Source: Candidatus Babeliales bacterium | GTDB taxonomy: Bacteria > Babelota > Babeliae > Babelales > JANWKD01 | Direction: 5' to 3' | NCBI GenBank assembly: GCA_963722075.1 | Contig: CAVRJM010000004.1 | Location: forward strand, 1-19,053 | Length of the DNA stretch: 19,053 nt | Part shown: positions 1 through 8,552 of the stretch, one piece after another | Layout: the number at the start of each line of letters is the position of its first letter | How positions within the stretch are numbered: the stretch's first letter is position 1 | The notes under the pieces: generated by a model | Told to the model about the DNA's origin: nothing | Databases searched by the model: none | The model's input: the letters and a program-made list of their open reading frames with translations, nothing else | Made by a program: the position numbers and the translations under genes

Positions 1-123
1 GCCACTTATAACTGTGGCCATCGTTGCGATATATAATGAACCCCAGAAACTTGACACGATAAAATTAAAAATGTGTTAGTTTTTAATGAACATGAAAGTG
101 AACATTATTATCGGGGAATTTTT

Positions 124-399
124 ATGGCAAGAAGATATAAAAAACATAGTAGTTCATTCAAAGCAAAAGTAGCTATAGATGCTATTAGAGAACAAAAAAC
201 TTTAAACGAACTAAGTCAGGAACATAGCATTGCTCCTGCACAAATCTCTATCTGGAAAAGACATGCTGAAGAAAATATGAGCAACCTTTTTGAGGGGAAA
301 CAAGAAAAGGACCAACAAGAGGAAATTGATAGGCTTTATCGAGTAATTGGTCAAATAACGGCAGAGCGTGATTTTTTAGAACGCTCGCTCAATCGATAG
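124..399 (+). CDS. IS3 transposase OrfA (HTH)
   Basis: MARRYKKHSSSFKAKVAIDAI...IGQITAERDFL. ATG 124 follows GGGGA and is preferred to the GTG at 73. Confidence 0.9.
   Translation: MARRYKKHSSSFKAKVAIDAIREQKTLNELSQEHSIAPAQISIWKRHAEENMSNLFEGKQEKDQQEEIDRLYRVIGQITAERDFLERSLNR
372..378 (+). promoter_or_regulatory. Putative -1 programmed frameshift site U_UUU_UUA (OrfA to OrfB)
   Basis: OrfA reads GAT TTT TTA. The -1 frame is open from 378 into OrfB at 420. Confidence 0.7.
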
Positions 400-419
400 A
401 TTTAAAGCAGCGTAAGGAA

Positions 420-1301
420 ATGGTTGAGTGTGTAAATGAAGCAATAGACTTTAAAAGAAAATGTGAACTTTTAGATGTATCGAGAGGATCGATGTATTAC
501 AAGCCTAAACCTCAAAAAAATAATGATGCAATTATTATGAATGAGCTACGTGAAATTTATCAAGAAACGCCTTCCTATGGCTATCGGCGCATGACAGTAG
601 CTTTAAGAGAAAATGGTTTTTTGGTTAATCATAAAAAAGTCTTTATGTTGCTTAAGATAGCGGGCATCCAGGCCATTTACCCTCGCAAAAAAACAACCAT
701 ACGAAATCAGGGGCACAAAGTATTTCCTTATTTATTGCGTGGGTTGCTTATTAATCGACCAAATCAGGTTTGGCAAGTAGATATAACCTATATAAAAATA
801 CGGGGTGGTTTTGTATATTTGGTTTGCTTAATTGATGTTTTTAGTCGAAAAATCATGGGATGGAAATTGTCAATTTCTCTTGATACAGCGTTATGCATAG
901 AGGCGTTCAATAGTGCTTTGCAACATGGTATTCCAGAAATTGTTAATAGCGACCAAGGATGTCAATTTACCAGTGCTCTGTGGGTTGAATTAGTGCAACA
1001 ATATGGAATTCAAATAAGTATGGATGGTAAAGGAAGATGGGCAGATAATGTTTATATTGAGAGGCTTTGGCGTACGATAAAATATGAGATGATACATTTG
1101 CATAGCTTTGATACAGTTCAACAGGTAAGAGATGCGCTTGCAAGTTACATTGTTTTTTATAATACACGACGTTATCATTCAAAGCTTAATTATCACGCAC
1201 CAGACGCTATTTTCGCAAAAAAAATTATTCCATCTAAAAAAGAATTATTCGAAAGTTTTATAGCTTCACAAATTTATAAACTTGGAGCCGCTATGATTTA
1301 A
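420..1301 (+). CDS. IS3 transposase OrfB (rve/DDE integrase core)
   Basis: YGYRRM, WQVDITYI, NSDQGCQF and DNVYIERLW motifs. Confidence 0.95.
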   Translation: MVECVNEAIDFKRKCELLDVSRGSMYYKPKPQKNNDAIIMNELREIYQETPSYGYRRMTVALRENGFLVNHKKVFMLLKIAGIQAIYPRKKTTIRNQGHKVFPYLLRGLLINRPNQVWQVDITYIKIRGGFVYLVCLIDVFSRKIMGWKLSISLDTALCIEAFNSALQHGIPEIVNSDQGCQFTSALWVELVQQYGIQISMDGKGRWADNVYIERLWRTIKYEMIHLHSFDTVQQVRDALASYIVFYNTRRYHSKLNYHAPDAIFAKKIIPSKKELFESFIASQIYKLGAAMI

Positions 1302-1858
1302 ATTTTTTTTTAATTTCGTGTCTTGACAAAGGGGTTCACTATAATAGTCAGTTTGATTGGTGTCTAGAGAGATTTTAATATTTGCTTCTTTAATTTTATT
1401 AATGAAATGATAAGGCGTAGAGCCGTCTGTTAGGGGAATATTCTTTGCATAATGAATGCTAGAGAGCGGTGCATTCTCTAGGGATTGCGCTGTTGTCTCG
1501 ATGCCCATTCCATGCAGCACGGCACCTAATTTTTTGATGATGAGAGAAAAATCTTTATAACACAGCTCATCAACATTGTTGCCAAACAAAAGCTTTGGCA
1601 AAGAGAGTTCAATCTTCAACATAAGATCAAACAAGCCTTGTGCATTGATACGATTTTGCAAAGTTAAATGCGGTTTATATTCCCCTTTCAGGAGTTCTTT
1701 CCGTGTTGGGTTCTGCTTTGCTTGGATGGTAGAAGAATGTGGCGATAACAACACGTGTGCTGATGGTTGAAATTTATCAGGTTGAATGATCTGATACATG
1801 TTTTTACTTAAGGTGAAAACTACGGTGTCGATCATGCCCAGCATTCTTTTGATATTAG

Positions 1859-2092
1859 TTAGCATTGGATGTAAACAAGATGATTCAAAGGTAAAGCAAT
1901 CGCTGATAAAATACAAGGGCCGCAATTGCGAGCCCTTATTTGATTACCTTTTGATTTTCGTTTTTTCTTTTCTTTAGGTCTTTTTGCATTTACTCTTTTA
2001 TCAATTGCAATGAGTATTACAAAAAAATCTGTAAGTCGCTTTTTTTCCTCAGAAGATAACATCACATTTATTTTTAAGAGATCTTTCTCCAT
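1859..2092 (-). CDS. Small basic hypothetical protein upstream of the Rep-like gene
   Basis: 77-aa Lys-rich ORF with GGAG upstream, co-oriented with and 23 nt before the Rep-like ATG. Confidence 0.55.
   Translation of the reverse strand: MEKDLLKINVMLSSEEKKRLTDFFVILIAIDKRVNAKRPKEKKKRKSKGNQIRARNCGPCILSAIALPLNHLVYIQC
1915..1937. other. GC-rich near-perfect palindrome/hairpin
   Basis: aagggc cgcaa/ttgcg (a) gccctt: 11-bp arms with one bulged base. Confidence 0.6.
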
Positions 2093-2218
2093 ACAATCTC
2101 CATAAGATACTTTTGAAATATCTTAATTTCTTTCTTAGTTTTTACGGTTATAAAAACCATTATTGAATTAGGAACAAATAAAATTGGAATTAAGCTTAAT
2201 AACAGCTTTTTTGCCCAA

Positions 2219-2311
2219 CTAGCCCGATATATGCATTTCGATTATGCTGATTGATGCAAGCCAATATTGTGAGGTGAGTTGCAGAATCTGAATTCTGTTG
2301 AGCAAGGACAT
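2219..2311 (-). CDS. Putative 30-aa leader/small peptide MSLLNRIQILQLTSQYWLASISIIEMHISG
   Basis: AAAGGA SD before the ATG. The first 18 codons are homologous to the copy starting at 13749 (MSLLNKIQILYQISQNRL). Confidence 0.4.
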   Translation of the reverse strand: MSLLNRIQILQLTSQYWLASISIIEMHISG

Positions 2312-2372
2312 GATCGTTCCTTTGATGAGGAGAGTACTTTGATTACTACAGAGTGGTAGTATATGCGATTTG
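2257..2372 (-). repeat. Conserved leader segment, copy 1 (paralog at 13695-13810)
   Basis: Shared blocks cagaatctgaatt, agcaaggacatgatcgtt, gagagtacttt, gattactaca and agtatatgcgatttg. Confidence 0.9.
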
Positions 2373-2573
2373 GAAGTAAATGTAAGTGTACATTACTCTT
2401 GTTAAAAAATATGGATCATCATTGAAATTAATATTATGAAAGTCAATTATCTAAATTGAAAATATTTCTAATAGAATCATTTATATAAAAAACTTATTAT
2501 AACAATACCACCTTTTGACCTAATTTTCCGCTTAGGATAATCTAATAAGTAATATTAATCATATGGAGGATCT

Positions 2574-3503
2574 ATGCTAATATATCGAACTATTTTTATT
2601 TTTCTTTTCTTTGTTAATGCAGCTTCTTTTACTTGTCATTCAAATCAACAAGATTTATTACAAGAAAAGCTTTACAAGGCCATAATGAATGATTCATCAG
2701 AAGAAATAAAGCTTGTTATTAAATCGGGCGCTAAAGTTGATTTTGTCAAAGACAATAAGTCTCCTTTAATTTTAGCTATTTTACTTAAACGATCTAACTC
2801 TATTGACTGCTTATTAGAATGTGGTGCAAAAGTTAATATACAATTAATTGAATACGCTGTTAAAGCTCGTGATAGTAAAATAGCTGCAATCATAGCAAAC
2901 AAATGTAAAGCTGATCTTAATGCAACTTATGCAGGTTATACTCTTATACAACTTGCAATGGGTTGTTGCGATTACAAAACTGTAATCTGGTTAATTAAGA
3001 ATGGAGCAAATTTTAATGATGAATTTATTTCTCAATCTACTGGAGGATGGGGATACGGTTATCCGCAAGACGGGTCAATTCTTCTTGAATTAATTCAAAC
3101 TTTAATAATTTATGGATATCCTGTAAATAATCTATGGAATGAACCGATTTGGGGAAACTTTTGGCTTTCTTTTAATGATCAAATTATTAGTGAGGCAATA
3201 GTCCAGCTATTGATTAAAAATGGTGCCAATCCTAATTATATTTTCTATTTAGATCGTGATAAAAAAATATTTTCTACACCATTAATGAAAGCTATTACAT
3301 ATAGTAATCTAGGTGCAGTTAAAGTCTTATTAAATTCAAATGTTAACGTTAATCAACAAGCATGTGATTATAATTATATTAGATCTTTTAATTTATATAC
3401 TCCTCTTTCATATGCAATAGAAAAACGAAGTGTAATTGGTGATCGTAATTGCGTGTTTGATACTATTATAAAACTATTGCTAGAACATAAAGCAGGTTTG
3501 TAA
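2574..3503 (+). CDS. Ankyrin-repeat protein with N-terminal signal peptide
   Basis: SPLILAI...LLECGAKVN, TPLMKAI...LLNSNVNVN and TPLSYAI...LLLEHKA; hydrophobic N-terminus; GGAGG RBS. Confidence 0.9.
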   Translation: MLIYRTIFIFLFFVNAASFTCHSNQQDLLQEKLYKAIMNDSSEEIKLVIKSGAKVDFVKDNKSPLILAILLKRSNSIDCLLECGAKVNIQLIEYAVKARDSKIAAIIANKCKADLNATYAGYTLIQLAMGCCDYKTVIWLIKNGANFNDEFISQSTGGWGYGYPQDGSILLELIQTLIIYGYPVNNLWNEPIWGNFWLSFNDQIISEAIVQLLIKNGANPNYIFYLDRDKKIFSTPLMKAITYSNLGAVKVLLNSNVNVNQQACDYNYIRSFNLYTPLSYAIEKRSVIGDRNCVFDTIIKLLLEHKAGL

Positions 3504-3547
3504 GCAAGTAACTGCTTACGTTATAATTCAATCTTCATAGGGGTGTT

Positions 3548-4648
3548 ATGGGACTCAATAGATGTTTATACTATTTGACAATTTTTGTAATAAATTTCTC
3601 AAATATTTCAAAAGGTTCAAGTGATCGGCTAATGGCAATAGTTATTACAATGCTTAGCATACTCATAATCGAATTAGCATTATTTATAGGCAGCATTATT
3701 TTTCGTTTAAGATTTAATACTCTAATCAAAACTATCTTAATAACAGGATTAATCATTTCATTAGGAAGTTGTTTTTTCGCTTCAATATATTATTTATCAA
3801 ATTATCGTTTTAAAAAACAAACTATGAATTTAATACCTGAAGAACAATTAATAAGTCTTAAAGCAGCCTATCAAGCACATAAACAAATGGATTTTGACAA
3901 ATTAGCCTTAGATTCAGCAGATAGAATAAAACATATTTGTAGCAAGGATCAGGTTGAAATATCTTGTTTGATTAAAGAAGTATCAAGGATTAATGAAATT
4001 CTAGATAATATATTCATAACTTCCAGTGAAGGCGAAAAGCTTAATGAATTACGGACAATAATAGTCAATATAGTGAGAGCTGGTTGCGAAGAATACCCTG
4101 ATACTTTAACACTTTTTAATCACGCTGAGCGATTAAACGATTTGTATAGAAAAGTTTATTTCAACCCACTAATAGTCGAGTTTAGTAAGATATTGGTCGA
4201 AGAAGGACCCATTGGCTATGTTAAATACATAACAAAATTATGTAAGACAGAAGATGGTAGAGAAGAGTTAGAACAAATACTGTCTTTGCCCTATGTAGAA
4301 ATTTTGGAAGATTATTTGCATGATGTTGAAAAATTTAAACTTTTTGCCATTGAATTACTATCAGATATCCCATCCAAAATCCAAGAGAAAATATCCAATC
4401 ATGATATTCAACAATTCATAAAAAATGAACTACCTGAGCTTATAAAAACTTTTGATGGACGCAGAAAAGTAATTATGCATCTAATACACCTCTACAAAAT
4501 ACCAATGGTTCCTTTGAGCGTTATATTAGATATCTTTAAAGAAAATAATGGCATTGATATCAATAAAATCACAAACGAACAAATAGAGAAACGCATCAAC
4601 ATCAAAATTGATAGCATTATTCTGGGGTTTACAAAAAGAGCTAATTAA
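3548..4648 (+). CDS. Hypothetical membrane-anchored protein
   Basis: 366-aa ORF with two clear N-terminal hydrophobic helices; the start may be the ATG at 3632. Confidence 0.75.
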   Translation: MGLNRCLYYLTIFVINFSNISKGSSDRLMAIVITMLSILIIELALFIGSIIFRLRFNTLIKTILITGLIISLGSCFFASIYYLSNYRFKKQTMNLIPEEQLISLKAAYQAHKQMDFDKLALDSADRIKHICSKDQVEISCLIKEVSRINEILDNIFITSSEGEKLNELRTIIVNIVRAGCEEYPDTLTLFNHAERLNDLYRKVYFNPLIVEFSKILVEEGPIGYVKYITKLCKTEDGREELEQILSLPYVEILEDYLHDVEKFKLFAIELLSDIPSKIQEKISNHDIQQFIKNELPELIKTFDGRRKVIMHLIHLYKIPMVPLSVILDIFKENNGIDINKITNEQIEKRINIKIDSIILGFTKRAN

Positions 4649-4737
4649 AAGATTAACTGGAAAATATAAATAATGGCAGAATTAATTTGAATAATTGGCC
4701 TGAAAATAAATGCTTTATATAATAGGAATTAACAATA

Positions 4738-5340
4738 ATGACTTTTTTTGAATTCGTAAGCACATGGTTGTTGGGAATATTAACCTTCTCTTTAACTAAT
4801 GATAATACTGCAATAGCGCAATGTAGAGAGGATTTGATTGAGCTTGAAAAAGAGTTGGAAAGTTTAAGAGATGATTCTACTCGCATACAAAATACACATT
4901 TTAAGAAAATTATAAATATTAAACAAATATTAAAAAAGTTAAATATACATTATGCTGGCCTATTCATTAGGCACTATGGATTACAAACACTTATTGAAAA
5001 AAGTTTTGAAGATATTTACAGGATGGAAAGTAATCCTTATGAACCTCAGAATAAAAGTAATATTGTTAGTATTGAGCTTACTGACCTTTGGGGTTCAATT
5101 CCTAATGGTAAATACCAAGCTACAAAAATAAAAGAATTACAAAAATCATTTTTCTGTAAAGGCTTTTTAGGTAGAACTTTATACTTTATTGAAAATAATC
5201 CATTTATAAATTTTATCAAAAATAATCCCATTAAAATAATCAGCTTGGTTATAATATTGATATTAATCGGTTTATATAAACTATATATCAATGTAATTGA
5301 ATATTCCCCTTTAAATTTAATAATCAATCTCAATTTTTAA
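4738..5340 (+). CDS. Hypothetical protein with N- and C-terminal hydrophobic segments
   Basis: 200-aa ORF with AGGA RBS, a short coiled coil and a C-terminal TM-like segment. Confidence 0.65.
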   Translation: MTFFEFVSTWLLGILTFSLTNDNTAIAQCREDLIELEKELESLRDDSTRIQNTHFKKIINIKQILKKLNIHYAGLFIRHYGLQTLIEKSFEDIYRMESNPYEPQNKSNIVSIELTDLWGSIPNGKYQATKIKELQKSFFCKGFLGRTLYFIENNPFINFIKNNPIKIISLVIILILIGLYKLYINVIEYSPLNLIINLNF

Positions 5341-5397
5341 GCTAGAACACACAGTTTTTATGATTTATACGCCCATAGTAAATTCGATGTCGTGGTT
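5329..5397 (-). repeat. Diverged 69-bp coding-tail repeat A (paralog at 16808-16876)
   Basis: 53/69 identical to repeat B, ungapped. Minus strand reads NHDIEFTMGV*IIKTVCSSLKIE. Confidence 0.8.
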
Positions 5398-5419
5398 TAA
5401 GTTGCCTCCACTAGGTAAC

Positions 5420-5448
5420 GCTCGTCATTTTTGAAAAAAATGACGAGC
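5420..5448. other. Perfect 13-bp hairpin upstream of the GIY-YIG pseudogene
   Basis: gctcgtcattttt-gaa-aaaaatgacgagc. Confidence 0.8.
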
Positions 5449-5470
5449 AGGCCAACAATTAGATAAAAAT

Positions 5471-5747
5471 ATGTTTTACATTTATTATCTTAAATCCCAA
5501 GCTTTTCCCGATAAAACCTACATAGGCTTTACTTCTAATTTATAACAAAGATTCTTAGCTCATAACGCAGGAAAATCAATATACATTAAAGATTTTTAAA
5601 CCATGGGATCTGGTAGGTTTTCTGGGATTTGATCAAGAAGCAAAAGCTTTAAAGTTTGAGCGATATTTAAAATCAAATGCCGGCAGAATATTCTTGCGCC
5701 GATATTTTTATCTCTTGATAATAATGTATAGTATTTCTTTGATTTAA
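5471..5747 (+). pseudogene. Small GIY-YIG nuclease pseudogene
   Basis: MFYIYYLKS..PDKTYIGFTSNL*QRFLAHNAGKS.. then a frameshift at ~5597, then KPWDLV..ALKFERYLKSNAGRIFLRRYF. In-frame TAA at 5543-5545. Confidence 0.85.
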
Positions 5748-5748
5748 C

Positions 5749-5770
5749 ACACCATAAGGTGTAGTTTTTC
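5749..5770 (+). terminator. Possible intrinsic terminator
   Basis: acacc-ataa-ggtgt followed by agtttttc, just after the GIY-YIG pseudogene. Confidence 0.35.
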
Positions 5771-5782
5771 TTTGAAAAATTG

Positions 5783-5822
5783 GGTAAAATGCCTATATTG
5801 GCTATGTGAGTTCGAGTCTCTC
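5783..5822 (+). pseudogene. Possible degenerate 3'-half tRNA remnant (long variable arm, Tyr/Leu-like)
   Basis: gcc-tatatt-ggc stem followed by a T-arm-like gtgag-TTCGAGT-ctctc (4/5 pairs). No 5' half or acceptor stem. Confidence 0.3.
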
Positions 5823-5854
5823 AAGAAATACTAATTCAAATTCAATCAGCACAA

Positions 5855-5899
5855 TATTTATATATATTAAAAGCATTTGCTAAAAAACGATTTTGGTAA
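5855..5899 (+). pseudogene. Miniature, internally deleted GIY-YIG remnant
   Basis: One frame reads YLYILK|AFAKKRFW*. 5876-5900 is 23/25 identical to 11804-11828. Confidence 0.5.
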
Positions 5900-5902
5900 T
5901 TT

Positions 5903-6412
5903 ATGGATGAACTATTAGACATTGTAAATGAGCATGACCAGATTATCGGTCAAATGTATCGATCCGAAATTTACAAACAAAAGCTTAACAACTTTCGGGT
6001 TATTAATGCCTTTCTTGTAAACAGTAAAAAAGAGGTATGGATTCCAAGGCGCACTAAGCAAAAAAAGCTTTTTCCCTTATGCTTAGACGCGAGCGTTGGC
6101 GGCCATGTCATGACTGGTGAAAATTATCAACAAGCATTTGAAAGAGAACTTCAGGAAGAACTGAATCTTGATGCTGCTCATTGTACTTATGAAATAATAG
6201 CCAAATTAACACCACATACGCATAATGTTTCTGCTTTTATGCAGCTCTATGTAATTCATACTTCCATGACACCTTCTTACAATACGAATGATTTTGAATC
6301 TGCTCGTTGGATCAACATTTTAGATTTACAATCAATGATTAAAAATGGCGAACTTATAAAGGGTGATTTGCCTATATTAATCACAACACTTGAAACATTT
6401 TTGCTCGAGTAA
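5903..6412 (+). CDS. NUDIX hydrolase (IDI/YfcD-like)
   Basis: Nudix box GGHVMTGENYQQAFERELQEELNL; N-terminal ELLDIVNEHDQIIG. Confidence 0.92.
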   Translation: MDELLDIVNEHDQIIGQMYRSEIYKQKLNNFRVINAFLVNSKKEVWIPRRTKQKKLFPLCLDASVGGHVMTGENYQQAFERELQEELNLDAAHCTYEIIAKLTPHTHNVSAFMQLYVIHTSMTPSYNTNDFESARWINILDLQSMIKNGELIKGDLPILITTLETFLLE

Positions 6413-6441
6413 CTATAAAAGAGAGCAGTATCAACAAATTC

Positions 6442-7104
6442 TTAATCAGTAATTATAACTAATTGACTCTCTATAGCTTTAATTTTTTTATCAGCATTTT
6501 TTTCTGCTTCACTTTGTTGTAACATAGCTGGCAAGGGCTTAACTCCCGGAGCATTATTATATTCTTTAATAAAACTTGCAATTGTTGCTAAAAAAGTTTC
6601 TGCAAGATTATCATACGATGACCCAACGCCAATAATTTCTGCTGAAACATCGTATTTTTTAACTATATCATATGACTCAATAAGTTTTTTATATACATTT
6701 TTCGTAGCATTAAAAATTTCTTTTAATGTAGTTATTGTATTATGAGAAAGATTAGTTGCAATCGGATTATACGTACTCTTTAAATTTTTGATCGTTGTTA
6801 TTAGATGAATAATTTCTGTTGATGGAATTGCATGGGTATTTTTTTCTAATATATCTTCAACTGCTTCAATGCTCTTATTTATACTATGTGCAATTATCTT
6901 GTTGTTAATATCATCAATAGTAGAACCCTGCGCATTCCATGTTCTTTTTATTAATTCGAAAGCTTTTTGGCCTTGAATGAAAGCTTTATGTGCTTTACTG
7001 GTTATTAACATTGTTTCAAGCTTTTTTTCCTCTAGTGCTTTAATCCCTTGTGTAAAGAAAATTATAATTGCAACCATCGTAAATAATTGTAATTGTTTTT
7101 TCAT
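6442..7104 (-). CDS. Hypothetical secreted helical protein
   Basis: 220 aa; MKK start, hydrophobic core and IKA cleavage site; AGGA RBS. Confidence 0.8.
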   Translation of the reverse strand: MKKQLQLFTMVAIIIFFTQGIKALEEKKLETMLITSKAHKAFIQGQKAFELIKRTWNAQGSTIDDINNKIIAHSINKSIEAVEDILEKNTHAIPSTEIIHLITTIKNLKSTYNPIATNLSHNTITTLKEIFNATKNVYKKLIESYDIVKKYDVSAEIIGVGSSYDNLAETFLATIASFIKEYNNAPGVKPLPAMLQQSEAEKNADKKIKAIESQLVIITD

Positions 7105-7374
7105 AATTTTTTCCTAGTTCAACCTTCTTGTACTCTATATTTTTTATTACAATAGCACATTTAGTTTTCTGGTTGCAATAATTCAATAGTAATAATTATT
7201 GCCACTTTGAAAATAATAATAGTATAATAAAGACAGAGTGATAATTATGTTTTCTGTTTAAAAAGGACTTAGCATATGAAAAAGATTTTATTAGGCATAA
7301 TCATAATAGGTTGGGCGCTGGGGGTTAAAGCTTATAGTGAACCCCTTTGTCAAGACACGAAATTAAAAAAAAAT

Positions 7375-8256
7375 TTAAATCATAGCGGCTCCAAGTTTAT
7401 AAATTTGTGAAGCTATAAAACTTTCGAATAATTCTTTTTTAGATGGAATAATTTTTTTTGCGAAAATAGCGTCTGGTGCGTGATAATTAAGCTTTGAATG
7501 ATAACGTCGTGTATTATAAAAAACAATGTAACTTGCAAGCGCATCTCTTACCTGTTGAACTGTATCAAAGCTATGCAAATGTATCATCTCATATTTTATC
7601 GTACGCCAAAGCCTCTCAATATAAACATTATCTGCCCATCTTCCTTTACCATCCATACTTATTTGAATTCCATATTGTTGCACTAATTCAACCCACAGAG
7701 CACTGGTAAATTGACATCCTTGGTCGCTATTAACAATTTCTGGAATACCATGTTGCAAAGCACTATTGAACGCCTCTATGCATAACGCTGTATCAAGAGA
7801 AATTGACAATTTCCATCCCATGATTTTTCGACTAAAAACATCAATTAAGCAAACCAAATATACAAAACCACCCCGTATTTTTATATAGGTTATATCTACT
7901 TGCCAAACCTGATTTGGTCGATTAATAAGCAACCCACGCAATAAATAAGGAAATACTTTGTGCCCCTGATTTCGTATGGTTGTTTTTTTGCGAGGGTAAA
8001 TGGCCTGGATGCCCGCTATCTTAAGCAACATAAAAACTTTTTTATGATTAACCAAAAAACCATTTTCTCTTAAAGCTACTGTCATGCGCCGATAGCCATA
8101 GGAAGGCGTTTCTTGATAAATTTCACGTAGCTCATTCATAATAATTGCATCATTATTTTTTTGAGGTTTAGGCTTGTAATACATCGATCCTCTCGATACA
8201 TCTAAAAGTTCACATTTTCTTTTAAAGTCTATTGCTTCATTTACACACTCAACCAT
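7375..8256 (-). CDS. IS3 transposase OrfB
   Basis: Protein identical to 420..1301. Confidence 0.95.
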   Translation of the reverse strand: MVECVNEAIDFKRKCELLDVSRGSMYYKPKPQKNNDAIIMNELREIYQETPSYGYRRMTVALRENGFLVNHKKVFMLLKIAGIQAIYPRKKTTIRNQGHKVFPYLLRGLLINRPNQVWQVDITYIKIRGGFVYLVCLIDVFSRKIMGWKLSISLDTALCIEAFNSALQHGIPEIVNSDQGCQFTSALWVELVQQYGIQISMDGKGRWADNVYIERLWRTIKYEMIHLHSFDTVQQVRDALASYIVFYNTRRYHSKLNYHAPDAIFAKKIIPSKKELFESFIASQIYKLGAAMI

Positions 8257-8276
8257 TTCCTTACGCTGCTTTAAAT

Positions 8277-8552
8277 CTATCGATTGAGCGAGCGTTCTAA
8301 AAAATCACGCTCTGCCGTTATTTGACCAATTACTCGATAAAGCCTATCAATTTCCTCTTGTTGGTCCTTTTCTTGTTTCCCCTCAAAAAGGTTGCTCATA
8401 TTTTCTTCAGCATGTCTTTTCCAGATAGAGATTTGTGCAGGAGCAATGCTATGTTCCTGACTTAGTTCGTTTAAAGTTTTTTGTTCTCTAATAGCATCTA
8501 TAGCTACTTTTGCTTTGAATGAACTACTATGTTTTTTATATCTTCTTGCCAT
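8277..8552 (-). CDS. IS3 transposase OrfA
   Basis: Protein identical to 124..399. Confidence 0.9.
   Translation of the reverse strand: MARRYKKHSSSFKAKVAIDAIREQKTLNELSQEHSIAPAQISIWKRHAEENMSNLFEGKQEKDQQEEIDRLYRVIGQITAERDFLERSLNR

Larger units (their letters stand above)
32..1343 (+). mobile_element. IS3-family insertion sequence, copy 1 (1312 bp)
   Basis: Terminal IRs tataatgaaccccagaaacttgacacga / tatagtgaacccctttgtcaagacacga (20/28 match). 3-bp TSD ATA at 29-31 and 1344-1346. OrfA plus OrfB; the second copy shares the same ends. Confidence 0.95.
1..1835 (-). pseudogene. Putative phage/plasmid replication-initiator-like protein (gene II/X-like), N-terminal part, interrupted by IS3 copy 1; runs off the left window edge
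   Basis: Likely start MIDTVVFTL at 1835, with motif LKIELSLPKLLFGNN. Removing the IS (32-1343) and one ATA copy gives an open frame ...LDTNQTDY|RNDGHSYKW to position 2. The function is inferred from motif resemblance only. Confidence 0.6.

Noticed and set aside
37..1338. Canonical TG...CA ends for the IS3 element
   Set aside because: Five more bases on each side are shared by both copies, and the TSDs and frame restoration work only with ends at 32 and 1343.
3500..3519. 7-bp hairpin gtaagca/tgcttac at the ankyrin gene stop as an integron attC site or terminator
   Set aside because: No U-tract, no attC R/L box structure, no similar sites after other genes, and no integron integrase.
967..7709. 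Short antisense ORFs 967..1182, 990..1178, 1576..1770, 2672..2902, 3571..3756, 4653..4886, 5046..5333, 7494..7709, 7498..7686
   Set aside because: Shadows of better-supported genes, with no recognisable motifs.
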